From Podarcis bocagei (lineage: Eukaryota), in the NCBI GenBank assembly GCA_964188305.1, contig OZ076893.1: DNA of 64,000 bases; one strand, given 5' to 3'. Shown piece by piece: positions 42,421 through 55,727 of this stretch (position 1 is the stretch's first letter; the number at the start of each line of letters is the position of its first letter). The notes under the pieces were generated by a model. The model did not search any database. It was not told the DNA's origin and saw nothing but the letters and a program-made list of their open reading frames with translations. Made by a program: the position numbers and the translations under genes.

Positions 42421-45400
42421 CTGAAAACAATGAAGACAGGAACACCAAAAAAGAAAAAAGGAAAAACAAGAAAAAAGAGAATAGTAGTAAATATGAGGAG
42501 AACCAAAGGGGAAGAGAAAAGACTTGCGGGGGGGGGAGGGGGTGAAGGCTTTAGTAAATCCATGCCAAAAATAAAATATAATGGCCAAAATCATGTTCGC
42601 AATCAAAACAAAAATGGTTATGGCAGTCTGGAAACTATTTGGTTCGAATACAATATCTCTAAATTAAGATATGCCTTATGTGCACTTTGCAAAATAATAA
42701 ATTATCTGTAAATTAAATGAGTTCCTAACTATCAACACGTTTGCTCTCTCCTTAAAACCATGTAACTCAATGTTTTTAGTAAACACTTGCAGAAAAACAG
42801 GCACACATTAATTATGCAGATATATTTATGCTGTATTTGCATCCACATTAACTTTAATGCAGATTTTATAGGACAGATGTGAACAAAACCTGTTTTTACA
42901 GTGCTTAGATTTCCACAATATACAATAAGTGACTCCTTTTCCACTGAAATACAGTCTGGGTGCATATATACATAATTCTGGAGAAAATGGAGGCTAAAAC
43001 CAAATACATCTGGTAAATTAAAGGCTTAAAGAACTATTACATGTCACTTTTTATGACTTACCCGTAATATTAAAGACACCACTTTGTAATCTTTACAATC
43101 TTTGGAAATGTAGACAAATTTACAGAACAGAATGGCAAAGTTAGTAGAATCTGGAGACAGGACATATTTAGAGCTACATTGACATGCCGCTATATAAAAC
43201 AAGGCATTTTCTTGCCATGTCCTGATGAATGTTTGCAATAGGACACTGCTTCAGTCTGTTCCAGAGCAGTAACTCAATTGCACAGAAGCAGTGTGTGTCC
43301 TTACTATGTAATGCATGAAGCATCTTGAAGGCAATGGACAATAATTCCAGAGCAACTTGTCAATGCCACATGACAAACATTCATATGGATATGGTTCTCC
43401 ACTACAATATTGTGACCAAAGGAAGTCTTGCTAATTATTCCATGGAATCATGCCACAGGAACATGCAACTATCAGGTAAGATCATTCTCACTAAAAGTAT
43501 GACATTAATTAGTGTGGGGGCTTCTGGTGATTTTTTTTGTTTACTCTGAAATAGTATTTAATTAATTGTGAAGCAATTCCAAATTAAGATACTAACTGTA
43601 CAACTGTCAAGGTACAACAATGCTTAGTTAAGTTTGCACATTGTAATTCCATTAACAAAAATGTAATGGTTAAGACTCATCTGAACAAAATATAGAACAA
43701 AATCAATTATTCAAAGCAATTTAAATGAAAACCAACTGATTACCAAGGCTTCACACTAATACTTTCCCCGCCCAACACCTCAAATATAAAGGATGGTAAT
43801 CCTTGTTACTTGGGTGAACTTCCCACACTCTGATTTATATAAAAAAAATCTTTTTCTGAAGAGATAGAGGAGAAGTGTCTCCACAAGAAAACTCTCCCTG
43901 TTACGGTTTTTTCCCCCAGATTCCAACAAGGTCATACTGTGCTGGCTAGCAAAGTACGCATACAGTGTTTTTTAATAGAGCCTTTTGATTTGCTTTTAGT
44001 AGTAGGCAGACTGCTGGTGTCTTGGGAAGAGGTCAAACGGCGCTGGGGAGGGGGAAAAGGAGTTCGCTTTCCATTCCTGTGTGCATGCAACAAGCAGCAA
44101 AACAGCAAAGTTACTCCAGTTAGCTTGGGTTCAGCTGTGCTTTCTGTTAAAAAGGACATAATACAAATGGAGAAGGGAAAATGCATCACAATTTTAGACA
44201 CACATGGTTATAAGCACAATAAGAATACTGTGGAACAGTATTTGGTAGGTTTATTAAATTTTAATCTTTTCAATCACCTCTCAAAACAATTTTAATTATT
44301 TCCTTGTTAAGCATAGGCTGTTGGTGACGTTGATCTCCAAAAGTGTTAGTAGTGTTACTAACAAAAGTACCAGAATGCTGAGCCATAATAACAATATTCT
44401 ATTGTATCAGCCTGCTTCTAAAACTCAGCATTTATATTTCTGTTTATATAGAATCATCAGGGCAATACAATATGTCTGAGTTCAGCCCCATTTTCAAATA
44501 TGATATGCTTCAAAAGGGTTTTTCCACCCCACAACAGCAAGTATATCTCATTATTAAAGCTTTACTATTTCTGACTCCAAATTTGTGCCCTGGAATACAA
44601 AATTTTCCTCTGAAATGTAACTCTGAGATTATAAGGGAGAAATGGAAACACAAGAACCCCATTTAACTGAACAGATTTGAAGACATGACCACTTTAATTT
44701 TATAGATTGCTGTCTTTCTAGCACTCGTATTTGTGGGCACAAGTGTGGAAAACATAAATCTACAGCATATAGTCTGAATTGTGTCCATCAAATGGTTGCG
44801 GCTGTATGAAGCTGCCCGAGGCAATCCTATACAAAAAGTTGATCCCTCAACAATGGTTCCTTTCAGAATCAAGTTTGTGAGTACAGGCCAAAAATAGACT
44901 CTTGTGTTGAAAACTAATTTTAAAAAGTGGTTGCCTAGAGCTACTGCAGAACAGGATTGGAAGAGGGTCATGTTCCCAAGGAGTCTCAGGAAGTAGGAGA
45001 GCAGCACAGGAGGCTGAAGTCAAAGAGACCTTAGTTGAGAGACAGTAGGATAATGAGTGGTCAAGGTATTATAGGGCAACAAAAGGCATACACAGTACTG
45101 CAAGTAGGAAAATAAAAGAGCTAATGGCATGGTCTTCAGAATACTCGGGTGAACTCAGCATTTGAAGTATGTGAACTGTAACTAGAAGAAAGTTTTTCTT
45201 TATAATATTTTATCTGTTGCATACAGGACACTGCAGATAAGACTAGGACAACTGAATCTGCAAGCTATTGATATAAAAGTTACTAATAATGATGCATATG
45301 AAAGCCAAAATGATGCTTAAGATTTTAGGGAGATTAATGGTGGGTGTTGACAAAACAAAGAGTTTTTAAATTGCAGAATTTACATACGAAGTGGCATACC

Positions 45401-48400
45401 TGCCAGCAGATGTCCCGTTTACTGAATTCTGGAGGCTTGAATTGGCTGTGCCTAAAGGAGCATTAAAAACTCCCTGCTGAGCGGAACTAGCATTGACTGG
45501 ACTCCCATTACCTTTCAAAATTCCAGTACACTTCCAGTTGTCCATGTAGTTAGCTGCAGGGTGGGAATGAACAAAAAAAAAATGCAATTGTGACTTGAGA
45601 AAGAGATTTTTATGACAGTTAAAATAGTATAACTAATGATATAGCTCCTAAAACACATTGTATTTTTAAAAATCTAACTCTAGCCACTCCTAAGCAGGTT
45701 AATACTATGTATGCTTAAGACTGAAGCCATAGTCTTCTAATAATTCAACATTTAATCACACAGAGAATTCTGAAGGAACGCTTACCTTTCCAAAGCCTTA
45801 CACACCCATCGTCTCCTGAAGATGCAAGCACTGTGCCTGTAATGTTCCAACTTACACGCCAGACCTGAGAATTGTGGTTATCAAACTGAGCCACTAACTG
45901 GACCTCAAATTTTGTCAGGCCTGATGAAGAAGTCAGTTCCTTTCTGTTGAAAGCAAAATTGTATATTGGAGTTTGATCTGCTTAAAATACATCCATTCTT
46001 TTAATTACAGAAAGTAAACAATGTTTTGCCCTTTTTTGTGTGCTGCTTTAAAAAAAGGATTACTGTACTGAATATTGAATAAGCTTACAAGGTTCTTAAC
46101 CATGAGGACAATTAGTTCCATAGTTGAGAGAAAGAAAATACCAAATATATGCTTCCACATTATAGGATATGTATGTCAAAAACTCACCTTAGTGGTTTTA
46201 ATGTGAAAATTCGCACATCTTTGGTAGCTACAGCCAATATATGGAAGGACCTTCCCAGGTTTGGAGCAAATGCAATATCATGCACAGGGTCTGTGACTGT
46301 CATAAGTGTTTCTGCTTTTGCATACTTCCTGAAAAGTGAGACAGACAGTGTATTAATTTCTAAACATAGAAACATATTAAAGCCGCCCCCCAAACTGTTT
46401 TTATAACAACATTATCGGTAAATTCTCCCATGAAAGTATTTTTAAAAAAGTGTTCTCTAGATGACAATCCTTTTTTTCTAGAATGTATGTGAACTAAAAT
46501 TTTTACTATTTGATGTCTGGGATGTACAATTTGCTACAAAATTATTGCCATGTTACAAAGCGTTCAAGTGACAACTGATTGTTGTTATGAAAAACAAGAA
46601 GATGGGACCAGGTCACTCAACAATGACACTGACTTGAATCAGAAACATTAAATACACAAGTTGTCTTTTTACTTCAATGAATTTAATAGGCAGTGCTATG
46701 GAAATTCTTTCTGAGGTACTGAAGTTCAGAATGGCAAGTCTGTTGATTCATAGCAGAAAAAAACAGACTGTACTCTTAGATTCCAAAAAAATTAAAACCA
46801 TAGGAAGGGGGAAACTTTCCACAGATCATATGTTTCTCATTACTTCAACATCACTCACTATTCCCAATTAGTCAAATCAAGCTTATTATAGAGAGTTTGG
46901 ATCTTTGAGTAGAAAAAGCTGCTTTGTTTTGTCAACAGACTCTATATTTGGAAGAAAATACACAGGATAGGATTTTTATGGTTGGCATTCATTAATTAAA
47001 TGTAGCCTTGCAAAACTTTTAAGGAAAATAATAGCATATTATTAGGAAAGCTAAAATATTCAGTATTCTCTACAGATTGTTGTTCAAGCCCAACTTCTGT
47101 CATTAAATTATCATGGAGCATTGGCAAGTTACTTCTCCCTCAGCCTCAACTTGAACATTAGCTATACAGCAGAAGTGGGGAACCCCCTGCAGCAAGAAGG
47201 TCATGTCCCCTTGCAGCCAACTTTCTGAAGGTCAAATGCCTGCCGTGGCAGAACCAGAACAGAACTGGGTGTGGCCAGAACAGGCAGAGAGCAAATGCAC
47301 ACATACAAACACCACCCACAGAGAGAGGCGGGGAATACTCAGCCTCACCCACTACCAGAATCAGGCTTGGAAAAATGTTAGGGTTTTTCTTTCCTAGCCA
47401 CAATGCTAAGGAAGGGGAGATCTTACAGAATGCAAGTAGGTTAAAATCTTCTTTCCCTGCTGTGATTTCCCCCTCCCATGCACTCCCAGCATGACATTAA
47501 GGCTTGAAATAAGCCTGCCATCGGTTTGTAGCAGGAACGGAGAACCACTTTCAGCCTAAGGGTCAGATTCAAACGTGGTCAACATTCTGGAGACCACATG
47601 CCAATAGTATGTGTGGGTCAGAAACAGGCGGGATCATCTTTAACTGTATTTCACATATACTTTGGAGGGAACTTTAGTAAAAGCAGCAAGGCAGATTAGA
47701 ATGAGGACAGGTGACAGTAAATAGCATCGTATGATTGGCAGGTGGGTGGAATTTGCTATAAATGGTCACACATGCCATTTGGAGGGACCACTGGTGATCC
47801 ATAGTATAAACTTAAAATCAGTACCAAATTATGGTTTCAGCGAACCATTTTAACATGTTCAAGTCTCAGAAGAACAAATGATGTTGTGAAGCAATATTAT
47901 GACGTGTTTTAAAATGAAAGTTGCTTTGTTTTCTTCCTCTTACCTGGTATTTTCATTGTATTCATAAATCTGAACTTTTGCCAGTACATTTGGGCTGCTG
48001 TCATCACTTCCTACAGCTATCATAGGTGCATGAGCGCGAGAGCTGCAAATGCAAAATGGAATGTTCTTACAGAGGATTTCTGATGATGAAAATAAATTCT
48101 TCAATACCTTTTCTCTTAAAAAACAACATGCACAGTGGACACCTGATGGTAGGATCTCAGACAGAAAGGTTTTTTTGCATCACCTAGTCTAACTATTCAA
48201 CAGTCTCGATTTCCTTTTAGACCCAGCACCACTATTTTACAGTCAAGAATTTAAATAAATATTATACAAGGAGGAAACAAGCCAATTACCCTTAGGGTTT
48301 CCCTCCCTCTTTACTTTCTGATTAGCCTGTCAAGGGAATTGATAGCTTACCTTGAAGGATTCCAAGAAATACAACTGCAGCTTAGTTTACATGAGATTTC

Positions 48401-51400
48401 ATGCTGAAGTGACCACTGACTGAGATTCATAACATCTGGTGCTTCATATATCCTAACAACTCCATCTGCTGAACATGTTGCCAGCATCAGGCCCATATGC
48501 TTAGGAGCAAACTTTACATCTGTAACTGATGTCCTACTGTCAACCAGAGTAGTCCTCTTCACCTAAAGATAATCAATGGAGCAGTCATTAGAAGAAGGAA
48601 AACAGATTTTTAGATGCACCATCATTTATTTATTTAGGTAAATAAACTTTAGAATAGAGAGCTAATTTTTTATCTGTAAACAGGTAAGATACTACACGTT
48701 TGATAAATTTTATGAAAAACATAACCATGAAACATAACTGTATTAGAAATCTTACAAGCTCCAAAGTTAAGGAGAGCAAGTATGTTCATTTGATATTATG
48801 AAAAATTCAATTGAAATACATTCTAGCTGTAGGCATAAAGAATGCTCTTGTATACTGCGATGGGCAGATCATTGTTAATACTAAAGGTAAGAGCCAAGCA
48901 AATAGTAGAAGCTAATCAGAATTAAAACTAATAGATACTTGAATTTGAGTAAGACAATTCATTTCTTGCCATGTCAGATTGGCTAGTAGTGTCAAAGGAC
49001 TGCATTAGGCAGTCTCTGCTCTAGGGTCCAGGTCTAGGGGTGCCCCCAACCTTGGAGGAGGGCTTTTCAGGAGGCAGTAAATGCAGCTGCTGGAAGGAGA
49101 GAGCTAAAATGTTTCTGTGCGTACGCAGAAGACTGTCAGTGGTATTTGAATCATGGCCTTTGCTCTCCCATACTCTTCAACCCCAACCTCACTCTAATCA
49201 TGTGGATTAACAGGATAATCAACATCCCACCAGAGCTACAGCTTGGATCTTAACTTTTATTACACAAAAGGAATGGAGTTCTGTTCACATAATGGGGCTT
49301 TGTCACCTCCTCTCTGCAACTCCCTACACCTCCCAAAAATCTGCTCCTGAGAGTTGAGGAACTCTTGAGATTGGTGTAGGATATGCGATGTGGGACTGCA
49401 GATGGAGAGAAGTTGGTAGAAATCACACATCTCCTTGTCTGAATAGAAGAAAAATGTAGGGTCCAAGCTTATGATTCGTCAAAAGCCATGTATAGTAAAC
49501 AAATCAAACTAAATATATCTATATATATTCAAATATGTAGCTTTGTGAATATATAACATTTCTTTAAAAACATTTATAATAAATCTCTTAACTGTGAAAT
49601 TTAGTAAATCCTTGAGGCAGCAACAATGTTATAAATTATATGTGAGAAATGAGTGCATTAGAACTGTCACTCTTCAAACCTTACCCAATGACTTTGCCCT
49701 CGAAGTTTATCATTTGATTCTCCTACTATTTCTTCCCATACAGCAGCTGTTCTGTCAAAAGAGCAGGAAGCCAAGACCTGTCCAAACTCTGGATGTGCCC
49801 ATGTAACACGCCACACAGATCCACTATGTGTCTGGAAAGGTAAGAAGAACTGGAACTTGAAAACCAAAGACTAAAATTGAAAATGTTTTAACGTATGCAC
49901 CTTTGCAGGCTGGGAGGAAAAATAATAACAGCAATATAAATTAAGTATCAAACATCAAAGTCCCTTTACAGTCCTCCCCTTGACTGATCCATTTCCAAAA
50001 CACAAACTAAAATGTATGGGACAACTGAATATTCCTGTATTGCAGGGAGTTGGATTAGATGATCCTCAGGGTCCCTTCCAACCCTACAATTCCAGGATTC
50101 CATGTTGTATACCACCTACCCAGTTAACTGAGGTAATAGGGTCAAAGTTCATGCACCCATAATATTTCAAGTGGACCCTGGAGGCAATTTTCCACATGGA
50201 TACATTATGGCCACATTTGAATGCCACACAAAACCATGGTTTGAAGCAGGCAAACCATGTGCTCCTTTTGCCTGATCCACAGTTTTGTGTCACAAGAGAT
50301 ACCGTATTTTTCCGTTTATAAGACAATGTTTTTTCCTTAGAAACAATAGGCAAAAATTGTGGTCATCTTATACACGGATAGCAGGGGGTGTGTGTGTGAT
50401 TGGTGACAGCAGCCAGCAGGAGATTGGCAGCGGCAATTGGGTGTGTGATCGGTTGCTGAGGCAAGGCCTGCTGACAATTGGCTGCGGCTGCAGCAATTGG
50501 GCGGCCGAATCATGGCAGCAGCGAGTCATGAGTGCAATCGGCTGCGGTTGTGCCGAGTGGGCAGGTGGGCTTTTGGCAGTGAGCGTGCAGATGTTTGGTG
50601 GTCGTGGTGATGTGTGCGATTTGCAGTGGTGGGCAGGCTGTAAAGGGATTGGTGGCCGGTGGACCCCCCCCCAAAAAAGCTCAGCAACTCTTGGCAATCT
50701 CCCCCACAAAAAGCTCAAGAACTTTGGGCAATTCCTCCTCCCCTCCCCCAATTTCTGTTGCAGTCCCAAAAAATAGGGGTCGTCTTATACATGTGAGTGT
50801 CTTATACACGGAAAAATATGGTACTTCCCAAGTGGCATATACAAAAGGACTTGATGAGATGGACATAAGGAATAACTCATACGACACTGAGCTTTGGGAT
50901 AGGTAGGAGTTTCTACCATATCCAAAAGTCAGCACAACATGAGAGACCTCCATCAAATTTATTTTAATAAGAAGAGGGATGTTTTTGTGATTCATATACT
51001 GCTAGCCATCTCGGAAAAGGACCTGCATATTGAAGAAACAGACTGGAAATATGGAAAGTGTGAATGGAAAATTCAAGGAAAACATTTTTGCAAATCTGAA
51101 CAGAAACATGAACATCTGTATACATGAGCATCTTTATAGTTTCAACAGAGAGGAAACTGCAAATTCCATCCCAGGAGTTTTGTGTAGTTAAACATTCATA
51201 GGGACTGACTTAGCAGTTAAAAGTAAAGTAATTTACACCAAATTATAGCTGCAGACTATTATTGGGTTACACATTCGGGCTACAATCCTTAAGAAAGTAC
51301 AAGGGAGTAAGCCCCATTGAAGAAACAAAAATTTACTGCTGAGTGAACATGCTCTTATGCTTCTTATGCCACAAACTGTTGCATGCAACTGATTTTTCCA

Positions 51401-54109
51401 GGTTTCAGCCCTTACCTTCCAGCTGGCAGTACAGTGCCATTCTCCATTTTCACCTTTGTCCCAAACCTATTAAGAAAACCAAACAATATCTAAATATTTT
51501 ATTCAAAACTTAGAGAAGGTACAGTGATCCCACAAACAAGTCCATAGATCAAGGTTTGTGGAGTCCCAGAAGGATGTTAAACCACAAATGCTCTTCTATA
51601 ATATCAACTCATACGTGAGTCAAATAAGAATTGTGCATAGATTTCTCTATAAAAAGGACAGTGAGTGTGTGTGCTATTCCAATTTGGAATTGCCTCTGTT
51701 CACTAGAACCACAAGAGTATCTGGCCCCAACATTGGACCACTTGGAATCCTTGAGGCTACTTATACCATTTTCTGACACAGATATAATTTCTGTGCAGGA
51801 TTCGAAATCAGCAGGGTGCCAAGCACATTTTGTGCTTAAAGATTCTCCATTTGTGAGCACTCTCAAGGGTTACTGAAATGTATGTGCTTTGAAGCCTCAA
51901 AGTACAAGTTAAGTATAGACAATTAACAATTAAAAGTAGAGTGTTTTGAAAACTGAATTATGGTACCAGTATTTTTAATATAAACACCAAATAAAACATG
52001 TATTAACAATTTCTGCTAAAAATGTGGTATTAACAATGTGCCACTTATGTGAATTGCATATTAGTTCATGCTTATCAAAATAAAAAATGCCGCTGACTAG
52101 ACATTGTTTTGGTGCCCTCAACCCAGGTCTCAGAAGCCATTTGGCTCCTAGCTTTTCTTTCCCAGTTTCTAACACTGCTTCTGTGTATGAAAAGGTTATA
52201 TGGCATAGCCCATAAGTATTTGCTGAATATACGGTACATTGGGAAGTTGCAGCTAATCATAGCATCCCACTACATGCAGACATCTACATGTGCAGGATGA
52301 CACGGTGCATATAAATTTCTACATGGGAACAATATTTATGCAGGAAAATTGTCATGTGCAAAATGGGTCTTAGAAGTAATGGTTAGTCTTTCCAATATTT
52401 TGTCCTATATAAAGCAAGATACATCAATTTTATCATTAAAACTCTGCATTTTTACCTGGGAAATAAATTCATTTACCACAGTGGGAGTTACTTCCAAGTG
52501 AACACATAATTACTGACCTGCAAACTTTACATGTCAGCTAGACATGAGTCATTATATTATAATTCTTATATAGAGAATATGCATACACACCCCTAATGAA
52601 CATTACTCTGAATTGCATCCAACAGTAGTCCCACTGAAACAACTGAGATCCATTAATTTTAGTAGGTTTACTCTAGGTAAAAGTCAGCACAATATACACC
52701 TCTAGTCTGTGTCCTTTCTCAGCTGCAAAACTAGTACTGTATCCTTACTTGAAAGTCCCATTGAGCTCAATTCAACTTACTTCTGAGTAAACAGAGGATC
52801 AATCTATATCTCAGCTAGTACACACTTACACAGCATTCTGACTATGTCTACTCAAAAGTTTTAATTCAATGGGGTTTACTCCCAGGTTAAGAGGGGTGAA
52901 CACTGAAGAATGATTTACAATCCTAACCCACCTACTTGGGAGTAAACTCCATTAAATTCAATAGGACTGGCTTCTGAGTAAACATGGTTAGGATTGCAGC
53001 CTAAATCGTTATTAATCCCAAATCACTAATTCCCATTAAGGAAAATAAATCCAAATTGTCTACACCTATTGCAAACCTGTACTGCAAAACTCTGTCTGGA
53101 AAATAATCTCAAACCGCTTTTTAAAAGCAAACAACTTATTATGTACATGTTACAAGGCCACACAAATCTTCTGTTGGACCCATGGGTATTAACACAAAAC
53201 TAAAATCAGAAAAATTACAGTCGCACTAATTGCATGTTTAGTGAAAAAGCCTCTGAACATGTCCATCATCCTCCATTATTACTTGCTTTCTCCATTAATA
53301 AGTTGTGACTCTTCCATCTACCATGACTTACCCAACATTGCCTTTGAGAACCCTTTAAGTATAATTGTATTGCACTGGTCCAAAATACAGAAAGATGATT
53401 AAAGACAGAGGCGTATGCACCCTTGCTATCTGGAAGTACTGTAAGCCCCATCGAATTCCGTGGAACTTTTGCCAGAGGACAGGAGACAAGACACGCTGCT
53501 AGAGAAGTCCTTAACCATTTCTTTCATACCACATGCATCCTGCCTTTTTTATTATTAGTTCAAGTACTGTAACTTGAAGTTGCCACCCAAATCAGCCCAT
53601 AGGCCTGTTTTGGGTTTGTTGGGTTTTCTCCCGCGCTACAAAAACAAAACAGGGACTTTCTCATGTCCTACAATTTGTTATTTCTTCCGTTGGAAAAAGG
53701 CTGCTATAAAACGTGGTCCTCCTACAAGCCCCCCCCCCCATGACCACCTGTTACCCAGCGCAGGCAGAAGTGCCCAAGCCACTGCAGTAGCCCGCCCTCC
53801 TTGAGGCCGGGCCGAAGGAGCCGGCCAGCAACCAGAGGAGGGGCAGCGCGTGGTCCCCGAGAGAGAAAGAGGCAGGGCGAGCAAGGGCGCCGGCCGGAGG
53901 AGCATGGGCGTCAACGGGCCCCGCGCGGGTCTAGCCCGATTCACGAGGGGAGACAGACCGGGGCCCGCGGCCTTCGCGCGCTCTCCGCATCCCCGCACCT
54001 TGACACTCTGGTCGCTGGAGCAGGTCGCCATGCGCCGCCCGTGGAAGTCGAAGGAAACGTCGTGGATGAGGTCGCGGTGGTCGGCCGCGATGCTGCGCGC
54101 CACGAACAT
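42231..54109 (-). CDS. SEH1L: Nucleoporin SEH1-like (WD40; Nup107-160 complex and GATOR2 subunit), complete spliced gene
   Basis: [37 protein letters not shown]... closely matches vertebrate SEH1L; 8 common exons plus 2 alternative last acceptors, all GT-AG and in phase. Confidence 0.98.
44131..44143 (-). CDS. SEH1L: SEH1L short-isoform terminal coding segment (KHS-stop)
   Basis: TTAACAG|A AAG CAC AGC TGA, matching the ...GRKHS* C-terminus of the short vertebrate isoform. Confidence 0.9.
45400..45553 (-). CDS. SEH1L: SEH1L exon 8
   Basis: [21 protein letters not shown]...NGTSAGR. Confidence 0.96.
45786..45943 (-). CDS. SEH1L: SEH1L exon 7
   Basis: [52 protein letters not shown]. Confidence 0.97.
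46188..46328 (-). CDS. SEH1L: SEH1L exon 6
   Basis: [46 protein letters not shown]. Confidence 0.97.
47944..48042 (-). CDS. SEH1L: SEH1L exon 5
   Basis: [33 protein letters not shown]. Confidence 0.96.
48351..48562 (-). CDS. SEH1L: SEH1L exon 4
   Basis: [31 protein letters not shown]...ISWNPS. Confidence 0.97.
49685..49831 (-). CDS. SEH1L: SEH1L exon 3
   Basis: [34 protein letters not shown]...GQSHW. Confidence 0.97.
50031..50104 (+). mobile_element. Isolated CR1-type 3' tail
   Basis: ATTCCTGTATTGCAGGGAGTTGGATTAGATGATCCTCAGGGTCCCTTCCAACCCTACAATTCCAGGATTCCATG. Confidence 0.75.
50302..50821. mobile_element. Same Tc2-like MITE family, copy 2
   Basis: TIRs CCGTATTTTTCCGTTTATAAGAC / GTCTTATACACGGAAAAATATGG, TA TSD, related GATTGGC-rich core. 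Confidence 0.85.
51416..51466 (-). CDS. SEH1L: SEH1L exon 2
   Basis: [17 protein letters not shown]. Confidence 0.96.
52612..53001. repeat. Cluster of about four ~80-bp palindromic MITE-like repeats
   Basis: Units like ACAATCCTAAC...TACTTGGGAGTAAACTCCATT-AATAGGACTGGCTTCTGAGTA...GTTAGGATTGC; dispersed relatives near 1571, 7880, 31940, 51279, 53410. Confidence 0.7.
53999..54109 (-). CDS. SEH1L: SEH1L exon 1 CDS
   Basis: 37 codons, AAG|GTGCGG donor. Confidence 0.97.
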
Positions 54110-54137
54110 CTCGGCGGCCTCGCTCCGTCAGCCGAGC

Positions 54138-54139
<2 letters not shown>

Positions 54140-54175
<36 letters not shown>
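54140..54175. repeat. Perfect trinucleotide microsatellite (GCT)12, i.e. (CAG)n on the SEH1L sense strand
   Basis: Read directly; lies about 30 nt upstream of the SEH1L ATG. Confidence 0.97.
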
Positions 54176-55727
54176 ACGATTAAAGCAGCGGAGGAGGCGA
54201 AGCAGCGGCTTCCCCTGACCAGCAGCTGCACTGACGGCGCGAGCAAACTCTTTCCCCTTCTGTCTCTCTCTCGCCTCGAAAAGGCGCGCCTGGCTCAGTC
54301 TAATTGCGTGGAGCGCCGGGCCTTAGCGGGGAGGAGGCGGCCAATGGAGCGTCTCCCCGGCGCTTGCGCTTTTGCGCCTTTCCCTCAGGCAGAAGCCGAG
54401 GCAGCCCAGGCAGGGGAGGAGGGGAGGAAATAGACGAGCCGCCCCATTGTCCTTCTCGAGCGAGGAAGGATTTGTCGATTTCCCAACCCAACAGGCGGAA
54501 GCTTTAAGAGTTGCCCACAACCCGCCCTGAACATGCTTGGGTTTGGGTTTTTTGCAGAGACGCACGCCGAGGAGTCCGCTTAATCAATTTCGCCTCTGGC
54601 AAGAAACACCGGCCGGGGACGAAACAATTTGGGATCCGGTGGCTTTGCTCTGCCCTAGTAAACGCCCTGTTTGGGGCCCTGAGCTTGATACCACTGGCGG
54701 AACCACCGCTGGCAAAATAAACTGCTGCAGAGCACGCCCTTCCCCAGGTCAGGAAATGTCCCCCGCCAGCATATCCTAACCTCCATCAGCAAAGATGGGG
54801 GCGGGGGCGGGGCGGTGATGGTTGAGAATGCCGCTGTTAGACTCCAGTCCTTTACCTGGATATAAGTTTCATTTGAATCAATGCGACTTCTAAAATAGTT
54901 GCATTTATGCAAGACATTTGTCAACATTGCTGCAATTCTAGTTTATACTAAAACACTCAGTTTAGCATGGGAATGGGATTTTGTCCCATTAACATTAAAT
55001 TGGTCCAATCTAAGTACTTTCTCTTAAATCAGGAGTGGCTAACCTTTGGCCCAAAGGTAAACAATCAGACAGGGATGCCAGTGATGAATGTGGTCAAAAG
55101 CTGGTTATGGCCACACAAACTTGCATGTAAACATTTACCACAACATACACCCCAGCATTGTGTTTACTTTTTTCCTTTGCCACCACCCAAGTTGGTGTGG
55201 TAGAAGCAGAGAAATTGCTTTGGCGGACAGATCACTCTTGCTTTTTGGACTGAATCCTTATACAGTAGACAGCTTTCACTGTAACAATAACCAGCAATAC
55301 ATGCTATAGAACAGGGGCTGTCTCCACAGTGCCTGTAGGCACCAGTGTGCTCACCAGTACTTGTTAGGAAAGGCTTCAAAAATCCACAATGCACACAATA
55401 CTGTTTGATCTTCTTGCTCCATTCCCTTTTACACTGGTTTGGCATCTTGAACAACTAACACCATTAAACATGCCCGCATTTCATTGGATACCAGGGTCAT
55501 ATACACCAACCGTCTTCAATTCTGAAAGTGTGAAGTTTCCCTCTGTAAGTGTGGTGGTGACAATTTTGTGCTATACAATACACCAGAAGTTCCCATTAGC
55601 TAAATACTGTGGACCCATATTGTTCAAAAGCCAAGCCATGGATGCCCTATTTTTGAAAAATTTGATATATCTATGGTAGTTTTTGTTATGTGAATGATGT
55701 CATGGACTCCCTGGGTGGGTTATGAGA

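Larger units (their letters stand above)
53740..54830. promoter_or_regulatory. CpG island / SEH1L promoter
   Basis: High GC and CpG around exon 1; CCAAT 54341-54345; GGCGGAAG ETS-like motif near 54494; GC boxes near 54800. Confidence 0.8.

Noticed and set aside
53801-54433. 210-aa plus-strand ORF with poly-Ala, antisense to SEH1L exon 1
   Set aside because: Non-ATG start, low complexity, and expected from stop-codon scarcity in a CpG island plus the GCT repeat.
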